NCBI GenBank assembly: GCA_963768085.1 | Contig: CAVYGO010000004.1 | Span: 12,135 to 76,134 of the forward strand | Direction: 5' to 3' | DNA length: 64,000 nt | From: an uncultured Flavobacteriaceae bacterium | GTDB lineage: Bacteria > Bacteroidota > Bacteroidia > Flavobacteriales > Flavobacteriaceae | In this document: positions 18,786 through 29,082 of the stretch, in pieces | How positions within the stretch are numbered: position 1 is the first letter of the stretch | Layout: each line of letters begins with the position of its first letter | Made by a program: the position numbers and the translations under genes | Notes under the pieces: generated by a model | Database searches by the model: none | What the model was told of the DNA's origin: nothing | What the model saw: only the letters and a program-made list of their open reading frames with translations

Positions 18786-20258
18786 CTATTTATTTTTTTG
18801 CCAGTTGTTAGAAAATTCACAATCTGTATAATCTCGATTCACATTGATATACGTTTCGCCGATTTTCTCCTCCTGCCATTCCTGTATCGCCTTAATTTGT
18901 TTCTCTTTAAGGGCGAGTTCCTTGATCTTCTCGTAATCCTTCACATAGTCTGCCGGATGTTCTTCAAATCGTTTGGTGATGGTAAGAATCTTATAACTAC
19001 TCTTTCCGGTACGGTCACGGTCGGTAAAAACTTTCGACACTTCTCCTTCGGCCAGGTTATAGACCTGTGCGCTTAAGGCGGGATCCATTTTTGTAAGGTC
19101 GAAGCGGGTATCTCCTGTAATAGGATTCATAAGGCGTCCACCACTGTTTCGGGTTTCCTTCTGATCGGAATACATGCGAGCCGCATCGCCAAAACTAATA
19201 TTGTCCTTCACAATATCTTCACGCAACTTTTCAATGTTCTCTTTTGCTTTATCCAAGGTCGCCTGTGTAACTTCGGGAAAGAGGAGTATGTGCCGAACAT
19301 CTACTTCCTGCCCAAGAATTTTTTCAACATACAGAATATGGTATCCAAAAGAAGTTTCAAAAGGTTCGCTAACCTCACCTTCCAGTAAAGAAAATGCCTG
19401 ATCTTTAAATTCCTTCGCAAACGGAGCATCTCGTTTTATACCCGGAATTAGTCCTCCTTTACGGGCACTTCCTTCATCTTTACTGTATAAAACTGCCTTG
19501 GTGGCAAAACTCGACCCATTCTCAACGATATCGGTTCGAATGGTATTGAGCCTTTCTAAAACATCTTCTTTGGCCGCTTCAGTGATCTCAGGTTCTACTA
19601 CTATTTGGGCTACTTCTACCTCAGCACCAAAAACAGGTCGCTCGTCTTCAGGGATGGAATAGAAGAAGCTGCGAATTTCTTCAGGGGTAATCTCAACATT
19701 TTCTATCACTTTATTCTGCATTTCACCCGCGAGCGCAATTTGCTTATTCACAGCAAAGAGCTGCTTTCTGAGATCTGCGATATTGTCCTTGCGGTAATAA
19801 GCCGCTACTTTTTCTTCTGAACCTAATTCGCTGATAAGATACTGCATCTGCTGATCCAACCTTGAATTTATCTGATCATCTGGAATTAATATACTATCCT
19901 GTTTCGCATGATGGGCATATAATTTATCTTCCAATAGCTTACCAAGCATCTGGCACCGTGTAATTCCTTCAATAGATGCACCTTGTTGTTGCATCTCGAG
20001 AAAACTAAGGTCGATATCAAATTCTACGATCACAAATTCACCCACTACAGCACTCACTCCACCTGCTTTGATTCTCTTGAATGTTTTTACCGTATCCTTC
20101 ACAGCTTCCATTTCCGGGGTCTCCTCGATTGCCTCAACTTCCAGTGTATTTTCCTTTGCCAATTCAATAACCTGTGCTTTCAAGGTACCAAAACTTAGTA
20201 ACAGGCAAAAAAAACTACAGATCGTTATAAACTTCATACTTATTATTTTTAACCGCAT
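18786..20258 (-). CDS. SurA-like periplasmic peptidyl-prolyl isomerase/chaperone (parvulin domains)
   Basis: 490 aa. Alternative ATG at 20237 gives MKFITICSFFCLLLSFGTLKAQ (signal peptide). Parvulin-type FGYHILYV and VRHILL motifs. Confidence 0.8.
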   Translation of the reverse strand: MRLKIISMKFITICSFFCLLLSFGTLKAQVIELAKENTLEVEAIEETPEMEAVKDTVKTFKRIKAGGVSAVVGEFVIVEFDIDLSFLEMQQQGASIEGITRCQMLGKLLEDKLYAHHAKQDSILIPDDQINSRLDQQMQYLISELGSEEKVAAYYRKDNIADLRKQLFAVNKQIALAGEMQNKVIENVEITPEEIRSFFYSIPEDERPVFGAEVEVAQIVVEPEITEAAKEDVLERLNTIRTDIVENGSSFATKAVLYSKDEGSARKGGLIPGIKRDAPFAKEFKDQAFSLLEGEVSEPFETSFGYHILYVEKILGQEVDVRHILLFPEVTQATLDKAKENIEKLREDIVKDNISFGDAARMYSDQKETRNSGGRLMNPITGDTRFDLTKMDPALSAQVYNLAEGEVSKVFTDRDRTGKSSYKILTITKRFEEHPADYVKDYEKIKELALKEKQIKAIQEWQEEKIGETYINVNRDYTDCEFSNNWQKNK

Positions 20259-21030
20259 CTTTCGTAATATCTATTTCCAACTTTTTTATCAATTCGAGTT
20301 TTCGTTTATTCAGAATGATCTCGCGTATCGTAGGCCGAACATGCGATAAGGGCGCAATATCATTCGGTTGCAGTACATCTTCAATTTTCACCAAATATAC
20401 TCCTAATGAATCTTGTAATTGTGCAAAATTTGATTTTTTTAACACATTGGGAGACGCATTCCTTAGGACCGGTAGTGCCCCAACTACTGCCGATTTTCGA
20501 ACCCAGATGGAATCGTTGAGATTAAACGCTTTAAACTGAATACTCAATGAATCCAAAGTTTTTTTATCTTCTGAATTGAATCTTTCCAATATGTTTCGGG
20601 TGGATGTAAGGTTCGAGAAGTTTTCATCCAAATGGATGTAACGTATCTTGAAGAGTTCGTCATTCAGTTTAAAAATCTCTTTGTTTTTATCGTAGTACTT
20701 GTTAAATTCCGTTTCAGTGATAACACTATCCAATTGCCGGGACACAATGGTGTTTTTATATGCTTCAGTTAACAAGTCGTTCTTATAGTCATTAACCAGT
20801 TTTTCATAATCCTCCAGCTGAGTTTCGGAAAGATTTATCCTGGCCTGATCTATCAGAAGTTGCTGTGTGGCCCATCGATTTATAAAATTAGTAACAATGA
20901 GCGTACTGTCTTCCGCCGTAGTATTCTCGGAAATTAATGACTCGATATCTTCCTCATATAAGAAGCTATCGTTAACCCGTGCAATAGGAATTTTATTGGT
21001 ATCTGGTTTCAAAAAATCACATGACAGCAC
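20215..21030 (-). CDS. Hypothetical lipoprotein (SurA-N-like helical protein); true start probably upstream at 21069 or 21075
   Basis: The track starts at GTG 21030 (MLSCDF...). The in-frame upstream codons read ...ILIRKSLILIVCFLLVLSC, a complete lipoprotein signal peptide with no ATG/GTG/TTG available (see findings). Confidence 0.6.
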   Translation of the reverse strand: MLSCDFLKPDTNKIPIARVNDSFLYEEDIESLISENTTAEDSTLIVTNFINRWATQQLLIDQARINLSETQLEDYEKLVNDYKNDLLTEAYKNTIVSRQLDSVITETEFNKYYDKNKEIFKLNDELFKIRYIHLDENFSNLTSTRNILERFNSEDKKTLDSLSIQFKAFNLNDSIWVRKSAVVGALPVLRNASPNVLKKSNFAQLQDSLGVYLVKIEDVLQPNDIAPLSHVRPTIREIILNKRKLELIKKLEIDITKDAVKNNKYEVYNDL

Positions 21031-21068
21031 CAGTAAAAAGCAGACTATTAATATGAGGCTTTTGCGTA

Positions 21069-23039
21069 TTAAGATTTGAGTTCTTTTTTAAGTTTCTTTA
21101 GTACTTTTTTGTTCACTTGAACTTTATACTTATTCCGTAGCGATGTCATCCATTCCTTTTCGAGTTGAGCCTGGTAGCTATTCAGTACCTTTCCACGAAC
21201 TTCATCGAGTTTCTTAATTCCGGGAGCAATAATTTCGGTAATATTTAATACAACGTAGGAACCCTCATTATTGTATATACGGGAGACTCCTTTTTCTACA
21301 TTGAGATCCTTAGGTAATTGTCTGTCCTGCACTTCAAAAGTTCCTGAGGTGATAATAGCATTCACTTCCTTTTCCTTATTTAAAGCTTCCTTTATCTCTT
21401 CCTCGGTCTTTCCTTCTGAAAACATATTTCGAGCTTGTTCAGCATACTCTTTGGAAGTTGCAGACACTATGGTCGCTTCAATTCGCTGGCCCCATTTATA
21501 ATTCTCCTTCACACTTTTATAAAACTCATTCAATCCAAGTGAATCTAACTTTGCTTTTTGCCAGACATTTTCACGCATCAAGTCGAAAATCAGTAATCCA
21601 TTGCGATATTCATTTATGGTGGCAGCATATTCTTCATTCTCCAATTCTAACTTTGCTCGGTAGTAAGACTTAAGGCCATAGACCTCAAATTCATCATACA
21701 AGGTTTTCACCGCTTGCCTCATGTTCATATTAGGCCCAACACGTCTTTGCCGCTTTTCTACATAACGGGCAAAATCCTCGAAATCGAATTTTTTATCACC
21801 CACAGTAAAAATGGTCTTCTTAACTACAGGTGGTAAGGAATCGTATATATATTGCCTTTTAAAAATTTCTTTGGGTAGATATTCTTCGAAGTACTTCTGA
21901 TATGGCTCGCCTTTACTAAATCCATATCTATCCTTTATCTTAGCACTGATAGCACTAGTAACCACTTTTGAACGATCACCAGCCTTCACCCTCTTCTCCA
22001 AAGATGGCTTGAGTTCTTCGAATGTGGCTTTCTTATGGATCTCATCCAGTTTAACGATATGCCAGCCAAATTCCGACTTGAAAGGTTTTGTATAATCCGC
22101 AACTTCCGTAAGTCCAAAAGCATAACTTTCAAATATTTTGGATCGCAAAGATCCCTTACCGAATTTGTTCAATTTTCCACCTCGTATGGCAGAGTTCTTA
22201 TCATCTGAATATTGATCGGCGAGTTGCGCAAAATCCTCACCCTGCTTTAACATTTTATATATCTCATTAATGCGTTCCTCGGGATCGAAGGTTCGGGAAT
22301 CATCATCCCTGTCGGTCACCATGATATGGGAAACCGAAATTTCTGAACCTTTGGCACGTCTGTTCATGACCTTAATGATATGATACCCGAATTGCGTTCG
22401 TACTATTTCGGATATATCGCCCACCTTTGTATTATAAGCGGCGGATTCGAACGGGTATACCATTGAGAATACGGTAAAATATCCCAGATAACCACCGCGC
22501 TCACTGGCATTCGGTTCTGTGGAGTATTTCTTGGCAAGTTCGGTAAAATCCTCACCGGCCAGGGTACGTTCTCTTAAAGTCTTAATCGTATTATACGCTT
22601 TTAAAGTGTCCTGGGCAGGAGCGCTGTAATCGACGCCAATCAGTATGTGCCGAGCCTCTATTTCTTCAAGACCCCTGTTATAGGCCTCTTCAACCAGGTC
22701 CTCGGCCAATTTGGTATCATAAATATAATTCCGCGAAAGCTGTTCTTCGTACTTTTCGAATTCCTCTATGTAAGACTGTTTTTTATCAAATTGCGCATCG
22801 TAAGCTTCAGCAATTTTCAGTTTATAGTCGATAAAAAGATCCAGGTAACCTTCAACGGTCTTCTGACTCTCGTCCTTTACCAGATCGAGATTCTTTTTAT
22901 ATACTTGTTTAAATTCAGAAACAAATACAGGTTTATCATCAATAGTGAGTAATACATCATTTTTCTTTTGAGAAAAACCCTGGACTAGTGTAAATACCAA
23001 GGAAAAAATCAACACTAAATATCTATTCATTGTATTCAT
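21069..23039 (-). CDS. PpiD/SurA-like peptidyl-prolyl isomerase with two parvulin domains
   Basis: 656 aa. Signal peptide MNRYLVLIFSLVFTLVQGFSQ. Two rotamase cores (ARHILI...FGYHIIKV and VSHIMV...FGWHIVKL). Confidence 0.8.
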   Translation of the reverse strand: MNTMNRYLVLIFSLVFTLVQGFSQKKNDVLLTIDDKPVFVSEFKQVYKKNLDLVKDESQKTVEGYLDLFIDYKLKIAEAYDAQFDKKQSYIEEFEKYEEQLSRNYIYDTKLAEDLVEEAYNRGLEEIEARHILIGVDYSAPAQDTLKAYNTIKTLRERTLAGEDFTELAKKYSTEPNASERGGYLGYFTVFSMVYPFESAAYNTKVGDISEIVRTQFGYHIIKVMNRRAKGSEISVSHIMVTDRDDDSRTFDPEERINEIYKMLKQGEDFAQLADQYSDDKNSAIRGGKLNKFGKGSLRSKIFESYAFGLTEVADYTKPFKSEFGWHIVKLDEIHKKATFEELKPSLEKRVKAGDRSKVVTSAISAKIKDRYGFSKGEPYQKYFEEYLPKEIFKRQYIYDSLPPVVKKTIFTVGDKKFDFEDFARYVEKRQRRVGPNMNMRQAVKTLYDEFEVYGLKSYYRAKLELENEEYAATINEYRNGLLIFDLMRENVWQKAKLDSLGLNEFYKSVKENYKWGQRIEATIVSATSKEYAEQARNMFSEGKTEEEIKEALNKEKEVNAIITSGTFEVQDRQLPKDLNVEKGVSRIYNNEGSYVVLNITEIIAPGIKKLDEVRGKVLNSYQAQLEKEWMTSLRNKYKVQVNKKVLKKLKKELKS

Positions 23040-23197
23040 TATTTATTTATTTATTCAGGTGTCGCAAAAATAACAAAATAGGCCGGTTACACAAGTTTGA
23101 TTAACATACCATTTAACAGTCACCACCAACAGCTATACAGCATAAACTATGCTAAATATTATGTAACTTGCATTACCACCATTAAATTGTAAGGAAG

Positions 23198-23656
23198 ATG
23201 AAATATACTACCGAAGTAATCATAGACCTGCCCCGTGAAGAAGTAATAAGAAAGCTTGATAATGCGGACAATATGAAACACTGGCAGCGTGGTTTGATCA
23301 ATTATGATTTCCTTGAGGGCACTCCAGGTGAAGAAGGCGCCACAATGAAACTGGAATATAAAATGGGGAAACGGGAAATGGCGATGACAGAAACAATTAC
23401 AAAAAATTTATTTCCTTCAGAATTTCATGCTAACTATGATGCCAAGGGGGTGCATAATATCCAGAAGAATTATTTTCACGAAATGGACGGATCAAAAACT
23501 AAGTGGGTTTCAGAAAGTGAATTTCAATTTGCCAGTTTTGGTATGAAACTAATGGGATGGCTCATGCCAGGGGCTTTTAAAAAGCAATCGCAAAAATATT
23601 TGAACGACTTCAAAAACTTTGCTGAGAACGGTACTTCGGTCAGCGAAGAGAACTAA
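23198..23656 (+). CDS. SRPBCC (START/Bet v1-like) family protein
   Basis: 152 aa. Size and pattern (MKYTTEVIIDLPREEV...W) match the polyketide-cyclase/AHSA1-like fold. This is a weak, pattern-level call. Confidence 0.55.
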   Translation: MKYTTEVIIDLPREEVIRKLDNADNMKHWQRGLINYDFLEGTPGEEGATMKLEYKMGKREMAMTETITKNLFPSEFHANYDAKGVHNIQKNYFHEMDGSKTKWVSESEFQFASFGMKLMGWLMPGAFKKQSQKYLNDFKNFAENGTSVSEEN

Positions 23657-23892
23657 TGGAACGAATCAAGCTAATTTGGGATTTCAGGGGGCCTAATGCG
23701 GCTCCAATTGCGACACATCACGCAAAACACTTACATGAGTTTATCATTTCAGAAGAATTAGAGCATAGTATGAGTGGTACAGAATCGGTTTCAGATATGC
23801 ACCATATCGCATTTTTAATTACTGAAAAGAAAATGTTGCAGCCTCTGAGGGAACGTCTAAAACCAAATCGAGGTCAACTTTATTCTGAATAA
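23656..23892 (+). CDS. Hypothetical small protein
   Basis: 78 aa. Its start overlaps the upstream stop (TAATG). No domain recognised. Confidence 0.35.
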   Translation: MERIKLIWDFRGPNAAPIATHHAKHLHEFIISEELEHSMSGTESVSDMHHIAFLITEKKMLQPLRERLKPNRGQLYSE

Positions 23893-23960
23893 TTCTTTAT
23901 GAAAAACGCCTACTTTATTCTCGACTTTAGTATTATTGCATGATCAAATTTCAAAAGCAT

Positions 23961-24476
23961 ATGAAAACGTTACAATTACTTTTATTATTCATCTCTTTTT
24001 CGGTAGGGGCACAAACCATGCAAACCAAGGTAGGTACGATCGATATTGATTATATACTCTCTCAATTGCCGGAAATTGTTGATGTTCAAAAAGCCGTTGA
24101 AGGCTATGGAAATGCTCTGGATGCCGAACTAACTAAAAAGATGGAAGGTTATCAGAAACTCGTCGCAGCATACAAGGAGAATGATGTGACCTATTCCATC
24201 AACCAGCGGAAGATCATGCAGGATTCTATAATCAATTCTGAAACAGATATCAATAAATATCGCCAGAATGCCACACAACTAATTAATATCAAGCGTGACG
24301 AGGAATTAACGCCATTATATGAAAAAATTGGGGTCTCTTTGGAAAAAGTAGCCAAATCGCAAGGTTATACCCAGGTTATGGAGCGTAATTCCAGCTTGGT
24401 CTATATCGATAACAATTTCGATCTTACACTGGCTGTTTTAAAAGACATGGGTATTGAGGTTAAGGAACAGGAATAA
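23961..24476 (+). CDS. OmpH/Skp-family periplasmic chaperone
   Basis: Track ORF starts at 23940. The ATG at 23961 gives MKTLQLLLLFISFSVGAQ (signal peptide). About 170 aa with a coiled-coil-rich, Skp-like composition. Confidence 0.75.
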   Translation: MKTLQLLLLFISFSVGAQTMQTKVGTIDIDYILSQLPEIVDVQKAVEGYGNALDAELTKKMEGYQKLVAAYKENDVTYSINQRKIMQDSIINSETDINKYRQNATQLINIKRDEELTPLYEKIGVSLEKVAKSQGYTQVMERNSSLVYIDNNFDLTLAVLKDMGIEVKEQE

Positions 24477-24541
24477 AAGCTCTGTTATCCCCTACATTTT
24501 ATGCTGTATTGATCGTATTCAATCTTAAAATGCTGAGCTGC

Positions 24542-26014
24542 CTATCGCGAATAATTAGGTGCCTCCTTCGTGATGGTTACGTCGTGCGGATGACTTTCAT
24601 TAATTCCCGAAGCCGTGATTTTAATGAAGCGTCCTTCCTCTTTTAAGGTTTCTATATTCTTGGCTCCGCAATATCCCATTCCGGCTCTGAGTCCACCGAT
24701 GAATTGGGTCATACTTTCAACCAGGTCACCTTTGTAAGGAACACGCCCTACAATACCTTCGGGAACCAGCTTCTTTATATCATCTTCCACATCCTGGAAA
24801 TAGCGGTCTTTAGAACCTTGTTTCATCGCTTCCACACTACCCATACCCCGATACGATTTAAACTTTCGCCCTTCATAGATAATAGTCTCGCCCGGAGATT
24901 CCTTGGTCCCTGCAAGCAATGATCCCAGCATTACACAATCCGCTCCGGCGGCAATAGCCTTGGGTATGTCTCCCGTATATCGAATACCGCCATCGGCAAT
25001 AACAGGTACGCCAGTGCCTTTGATAGCTTGAGCAACTTCCAGTACAGCCGAGAATTGTGGAAAACCTACTCCGGCTACTACCCGCGTGGTACAAATAGAT
25101 CCCGGGCCAATACCTACTTTAACAGCATCTGCTCCTGCATCCACAAGGTATTTGGCGGCATCGGCCGTAGCAATATTTCCTACGACAACGTCCAGGTCGG
25201 GAAAGTTCTTTTTCACCTCCTTCAATACCGTCACTACACCTTTGGTATGTCCATGTGCGGTATCGATGATAACTGCGTCGACCTGTGCTTTCACCAGCGC
25301 CTCCGCCCGTTCTACAGCATCCGCAGTCACTCCAAGAGCCGCAGCAACTCTTAATCTACCGAATTTATCTTTGTTAGCAATAGGTTTTTGGGTGATCTTA
25401 GTGATATCCCGAAATGTGATTAATCCTAGTAATTTACCATCGTCATTTACAACCGGTAATTTTTCAATTTTATTTTCCTGAAGTATGATTTCAGCTTCTT
25501 TTAAGGACGTACCCGCTTCTACAGTCACCAGGTTTTCAGAGGTCATCACCTCACTTAATGTTCTGTCATAATTTTTTTCAAATCGAAGATCGCGGTTGGT
25601 TACAATACCAATTAAGATTCCATCATCATCAACAATTGGAATTCCTCCGATACTGTATTCACGCATCGTGTTTTGGGCATCACCTATAGTGGCAAACTTG
25701 GTCAGAGTTACCGGATCCTGGATCATCCCACTTTCGGCTCGCTTAACTTTTCGAACTTCCTGCGCCTGCCTTTCTATAGACATATTTTTATGTAAAACCC
25801 CGATTCCCCCTTCTCGTGCCATTGCAATAGCCATCGCACTTTCGGTAACTGTATCCATAGCAGCAGAAACCACTGGTACGTTCAATGATATGTTACGTGA
25901 AAATTTAGATTGTATGGAAACCTCTCTGGGTAATATTTCAGAATAAGCAGGAACCAGCAGGACATCATCGTAAGTAAGACCCTCTCCAAGAATTTTGTTG
26001 TTGTGTGCAGTCAT
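24542..26014 (-). CDS. guaB: IMP dehydrogenase
   Basis: The track ORF extends to 26059. The ATG at 26014 gives [26 protein letters not shown]. It has a CBS pair, catalytic [11 protein letters not shown] and GGIRYTGD. Confidence 0.95.
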   Translation of the reverse strand: MTAHNNKILGEGLTYDDVLLVPAYSEILPREVSIQSKFSRNISLNVPVVSAAMDTVTESAMAIAMAREGGIGVLHKNMSIERQAQEVRKVKRAESGMIQDPVTLTKFATIGDAQNTMREYSIGGIPIVDDDGILIGIVTNRDLRFEKNYDRTLSEVMTSENLVTVEAGTSLKEAEIILQENKIEKLPVVNDDGKLLGLITFRDITKITQKPIANKDKFGRLRVAAALGVTADAVERAEALVKAQVDAVIIDTAHGHTKGVVTVLKEVKKNFPDLDVVVGNIATADAAKYLVDAGADAVKVGIGPGSICTTRVVAGVGFPQFSAVLEVAQAIKGTGVPVIADGGIRYTGDIPKAIAAGADCVMLGSLLAGTKESPGETIIYEGRKFKSYRGMGSVEAMKQGSKDRYFQDVEDDIKKLVPEGIVGRVPYKGDLVESMTQFIGGLRAGMGYCGAKNIETLKEEGRFIKITASGINESHPHDVTITKEAPNYSR

Positions 26015-26358
26015 CGCAATTAAATTTTTTTTCCGAAGATACCGGAAGGTGGTTAACATTTAATTGCGTGCAAATGTACGGAAATTAAGCCAATGTACCG
26101 TTCTGTTTTAGTAAAGCCTCTGGGAATGTAGCATTTCATAAATACGTAGGAGCTTATAAAATGAAAAATTGGCTCAATTACACCCTCATATATCTCCTCA
26201 CACTCTTTGATTGCACAAAATTCTGATGACCAATCATTTATAAAATTTAACATTATTATTATTTAAATTAATTCTAAATAAACTTGTGAAAGTCTGTTTA
26301 CCCGATTAATTTTGCCCCTCTTTACCGTTTTTATTTATAATAAGTCTAAATAAATATA

Positions 26359-28593
26359 ATGAAACTACGTTTCCCCCTATTTTTCCTTTTAATCAGTTGT
26401 TTGGTATCTGCACAAGAGCAGGTCCCGGACAGTACCGAAACAAGCCAGAAGATCCCGGAATTATTAGACGAAGTGCTACTTTCCTCCAATATCCTCGGAA
26501 GTAAATTCGAAGTGAAAAACCGAACCGGTTCCGCTTATTATGTTTCACCTCAGGAACTACAGCAGTTTGGTTATACTGATGCAAATAAAATATTGAGAGC
26601 AGTGCCGGGAGTATCTATATATGAAGAGGACGGATTCGGACTTCGTCCCAATATTAGTTTGAGGGGAAGCTCTCCGGAGAGAAGTGCCAAGATTACATTA
26701 ATGGAAGATAATGTGTTGATCGCTCCGGCTCCTTACAGCGCATCGGCAGCGTACTACTTCCCTACTGTTGGTCGGATAGAATCGATAGAAATCTTAAAAG
26801 GAAGCAGTCAGGTTCAATACGGTCCCTACACGACAGGAGGCGCCATAAACTTTATTTCAAAAAAAATCCCGAAGAAATTTTCGGGTAACGTCCGATTGAA
26901 CATGGGAAGTTACAGCTCCCGGAATGTGGAAGCTACTTTGGGGGATTCGGGGGAGAATTTCGGATTTGTAACGCAATTCTACAACTATAGCTCTGATGGA
27001 TTTAAATCCCTTGGTGATGGCAGTAACACAGGATTCGATAAGACTGACTTATTAGGTAAGTTACGGTGGAACACGAACAAAACAGCCAAGGTGTTTCAAT
27101 CAATCTCTTTAAAACTTCAGTACTCGGAAGAAGATTCAAATGAAACCTATCTTGGTCTCACCGATGCGGATTTTAAAGTGGATCCCTTTCGTCGATATAA
27201 GGCATCCCAAGCCGATAATATGACCAATGAGCATACGCAATATCAGTTAAATTACCTGATTAAGCCAAAATCAAATATCACTGTAAACACAACGGCCTAC
27301 CTTAACAAATTCAAAAGAAACTGGTATAAACTTGACGATATTATCCTTGATGATAAAGTTAAGATCAGTGAAGTATTAGCAGACCCGGATACCTATAACA
27401 ACGAATATCAGTCGCTTTTGGGAACAATTGACACACCAGAGGACGCGTTTGGTGTAAAAGCCAATAACCGTTCGTATGAGTCTAAAGGAATTCAATCCAG
27501 AGTAAATATGAAGTTCGGTGATACATGGATGCAGGATCTTGAAATAGGATTCCGTTATCACGAGGACTATGAAGACAGATTTCAATGGAAAGACTTATAT
27601 GCTTTGCAGAATGGTGCGATGGTGCGCACAACGGTAGCTATTCCAGGTACGGATGCCAACCGTATCAGCAGCGCTAAAGCCATTGCGGGCCATGCCCTTT
27701 ATAAACTTCGTCTCGACGGGTTAACCTTAACCCCCGGGCTTCGATATGAAAACATCAAATTAATGCGCGAAGATTTTGGAAAAGAAGACCCGTTCCGAAC
27801 CGGGCGCAATCTATCCACGCGTGAAAATGACGTTGATGTTTTTATACCCGGTGTAGGGGCACACTATCGTTTCAATAACGACATCTCTGCATTTGGTGGC
27901 ATACATAAGGGGTTTGCACCTCCGGGAAACACGGAAGGTACCGATCCGGAAGAAAGCCTGAACATAGAACTAGGCTCTCGTTTCAGTCTCCTTGGGCTCA
28001 CAGGAGAGATCGTAGGTTTCTATAATGACTATTCGAATTTGCTGGGAAGCGACCTGGCCGCAACAGGAGGAACAGGATCACTTGAGCAATATAATGCCGG
28101 AAAAGCATCGGTTGCGGGTGTGGAATTCCTTCTCAACTATGATCTTTTAAGTAGAGAAAACATGAATGGAAAGTTCAGCGTGCCGCTAACCCTGTCCTAT
28201 ACCTTCACTGATGCTCAATTCTCCTCAAACTTCGATAGTGACGATTCTGTATTCGGAACAGTGCAGAAAGGAGATGAAATACCTTACATCGCAAGAAATC
28301 AGTTTAATGTTACAGCTGCAGTTGAAAACTCTGTATTTAATGTGAGCTTGAGCGGTAGATATACAGATGCGTTCAGAACGGAAGCAGGAACTGGAGTTAT
28401 ACCCGATCAATCCGGGATCTCCAGCAATTTTATCATGGACCTGGCAGCAAGATATTTCTACAATCAGCGCGTAAGTCTTTTTGCCAATGTGATCAATTTA
28501 CTGGATACTGAATATGAAGTCGCCCGACTTCCGGCAGGTCTGAGGCCCGGAGCACCTTTTATGGTGAATGCGGGTATTGGTTATACCTTCTAA
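26359..28593 (+). CDS. TonB-dependent outer-membrane receptor
   Basis: 744 aa. Signal peptide, plug domain (LRAVPGVSIYEEDGFGLRPNISLRG), a long beta-barrel and the terminal ...GIGYTF aromatic residue. Confidence 0.9.
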   Translation: MKLRFPLFFLLISCLVSAQEQVPDSTETSQKIPELLDEVLLSSNILGSKFEVKNRTGSAYYVSPQELQQFGYTDANKILRAVPGVSIYEEDGFGLRPNISLRGSSPERSAKITLMEDNVLIAPAPYSASAAYYFPTVGRIESIEILKGSSQVQYGPYTTGGAINFISKKIPKKFSGNVRLNMGSYSSRNVEATLGDSGENFGFVTQFYNYSSDGFKSLGDGSNTGFDKTDLLGKLRWNTNKTAKVFQSISLKLQYSEEDSNETYLGLTDADFKVDPFRRYKASQADNMTNEHTQYQLNYLIKPKSNITVNTTAYLNKFKRNWYKLDDIILDDKVKISEVLADPDTYNNEYQSLLGTIDTPEDAFGVKANNRSYESKGIQSRVNMKFGDTWMQDLEIGFRYHEDYEDRFQWKDLYALQNGAMVRTTVAIPGTDANRISSAKAIAGHALYKLRLDGLTLTPGLRYENIKLMREDFGKEDPFRTGRNLSTRENDVDVFIPGVGAHYRFNNDISAFGGIHKGFAPPGNTEGTDPEESLNIELGSRFSLLGLTGEIVGFYNDYSNLLGSDLAATGGTGSLEQYNAGKASVAGVEFLLNYDLLSRENMNGKFSVPLTLSYTFTDAQFSSNFDSDDSVFGTVQKGDEIPYIARNQFNVTAAVENSVFNVSLSGRYTDAFRTEAGTGVIPDQSGISSNFIMDLAARYFYNQRVSLFANVINLLDTEYEVARLPAGLRPGAPFMVNAGIGYTF

Positions 28594-28600
28594 GTGAATA

Positions 28601-29080
28601 CTACTTAGCAGAGACTTCCAACTGATTCTTATACTGTAGCCTTGCTATCGTTGCCCACTGAATGAGTAAGGTCCGGTCGTCTTCACTAAGATCGCCATGA
28701 ATCCAGGTATAGCTATCCAGGGGCATATGTCCTTTCTCTACCTCTTCGATAAGTTCTTCCAGTTTATGATCCTTTTTCTTTACGGAGTAACTATCCCATT
28801 CGGAAACATTGAATTCACCTTGTGCATGCCTCACATGATCATCTAACCACATGGACACCGGTGCAACTTCAGCATACCAGGGATAATTGGTGTGATTGCT
28901 ATGACAGTCGTAACAATTCGACTTCAGGATGCCAACTACTTTATTAGAAGGTTTCATCTCAGTTTCAAAGTTTTTAAAAGCTTCATAACCGGCTTCATTC
29001 TTTTCGGGACGAATAAATTGTATAATGACTAGGGCAATAAGACCCAGGTAACCGAGGAGTTTTAAAATTCTTTTAATCAT
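28601..29080 (-). CDS. Haem-binding-domain protein (single CxxCH, membrane-anchored)
   Basis: 159 aa. N-terminal TM helix, then CYDCHSNHTNYPWYAEVAPVSMW, as in the Haem_bd family. Confidence 0.7.
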   Translation of the reverse strand: MIKRILKLLGYLGLIALVIIQFIRPEKNEAGYEAFKNFETEMKPSNKVVGILKSNCYDCHSNHTNYPWYAEVAPVSMWLDDHVRHAQGEFNVSEWDSYSVKKKDHKLEELIEEVEKGHMPLDSYTWIHGDLSEDDRTLLIQWATIARLQYKNQLEVSAK

Positions 29081-29082
29081 GT

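Noticed and set aside
25086-25481. Long antisense ORFs inside guaB. Similar ones occur inside aconitase (14017-15763), the M14 peptidase (41805..42206), sulP (44516..44872), tatC (53548..53922), lptB (54423..54740) and the lipoprotein gene (5545..5979).
   Set aside because: They overlap strongly supported genes on the opposite strand and have low-complexity or odd composition with no recognisable motifs. They are typical shadow ORFs.
26053-26253. The 66-aa minus-strand ORF in the guaB / TonB-receptor intergenic region.
   Set aside because: It begins inside the over-extended guaB ORF, has no recognisable features, and the region more plausibly holds divergent promoters.
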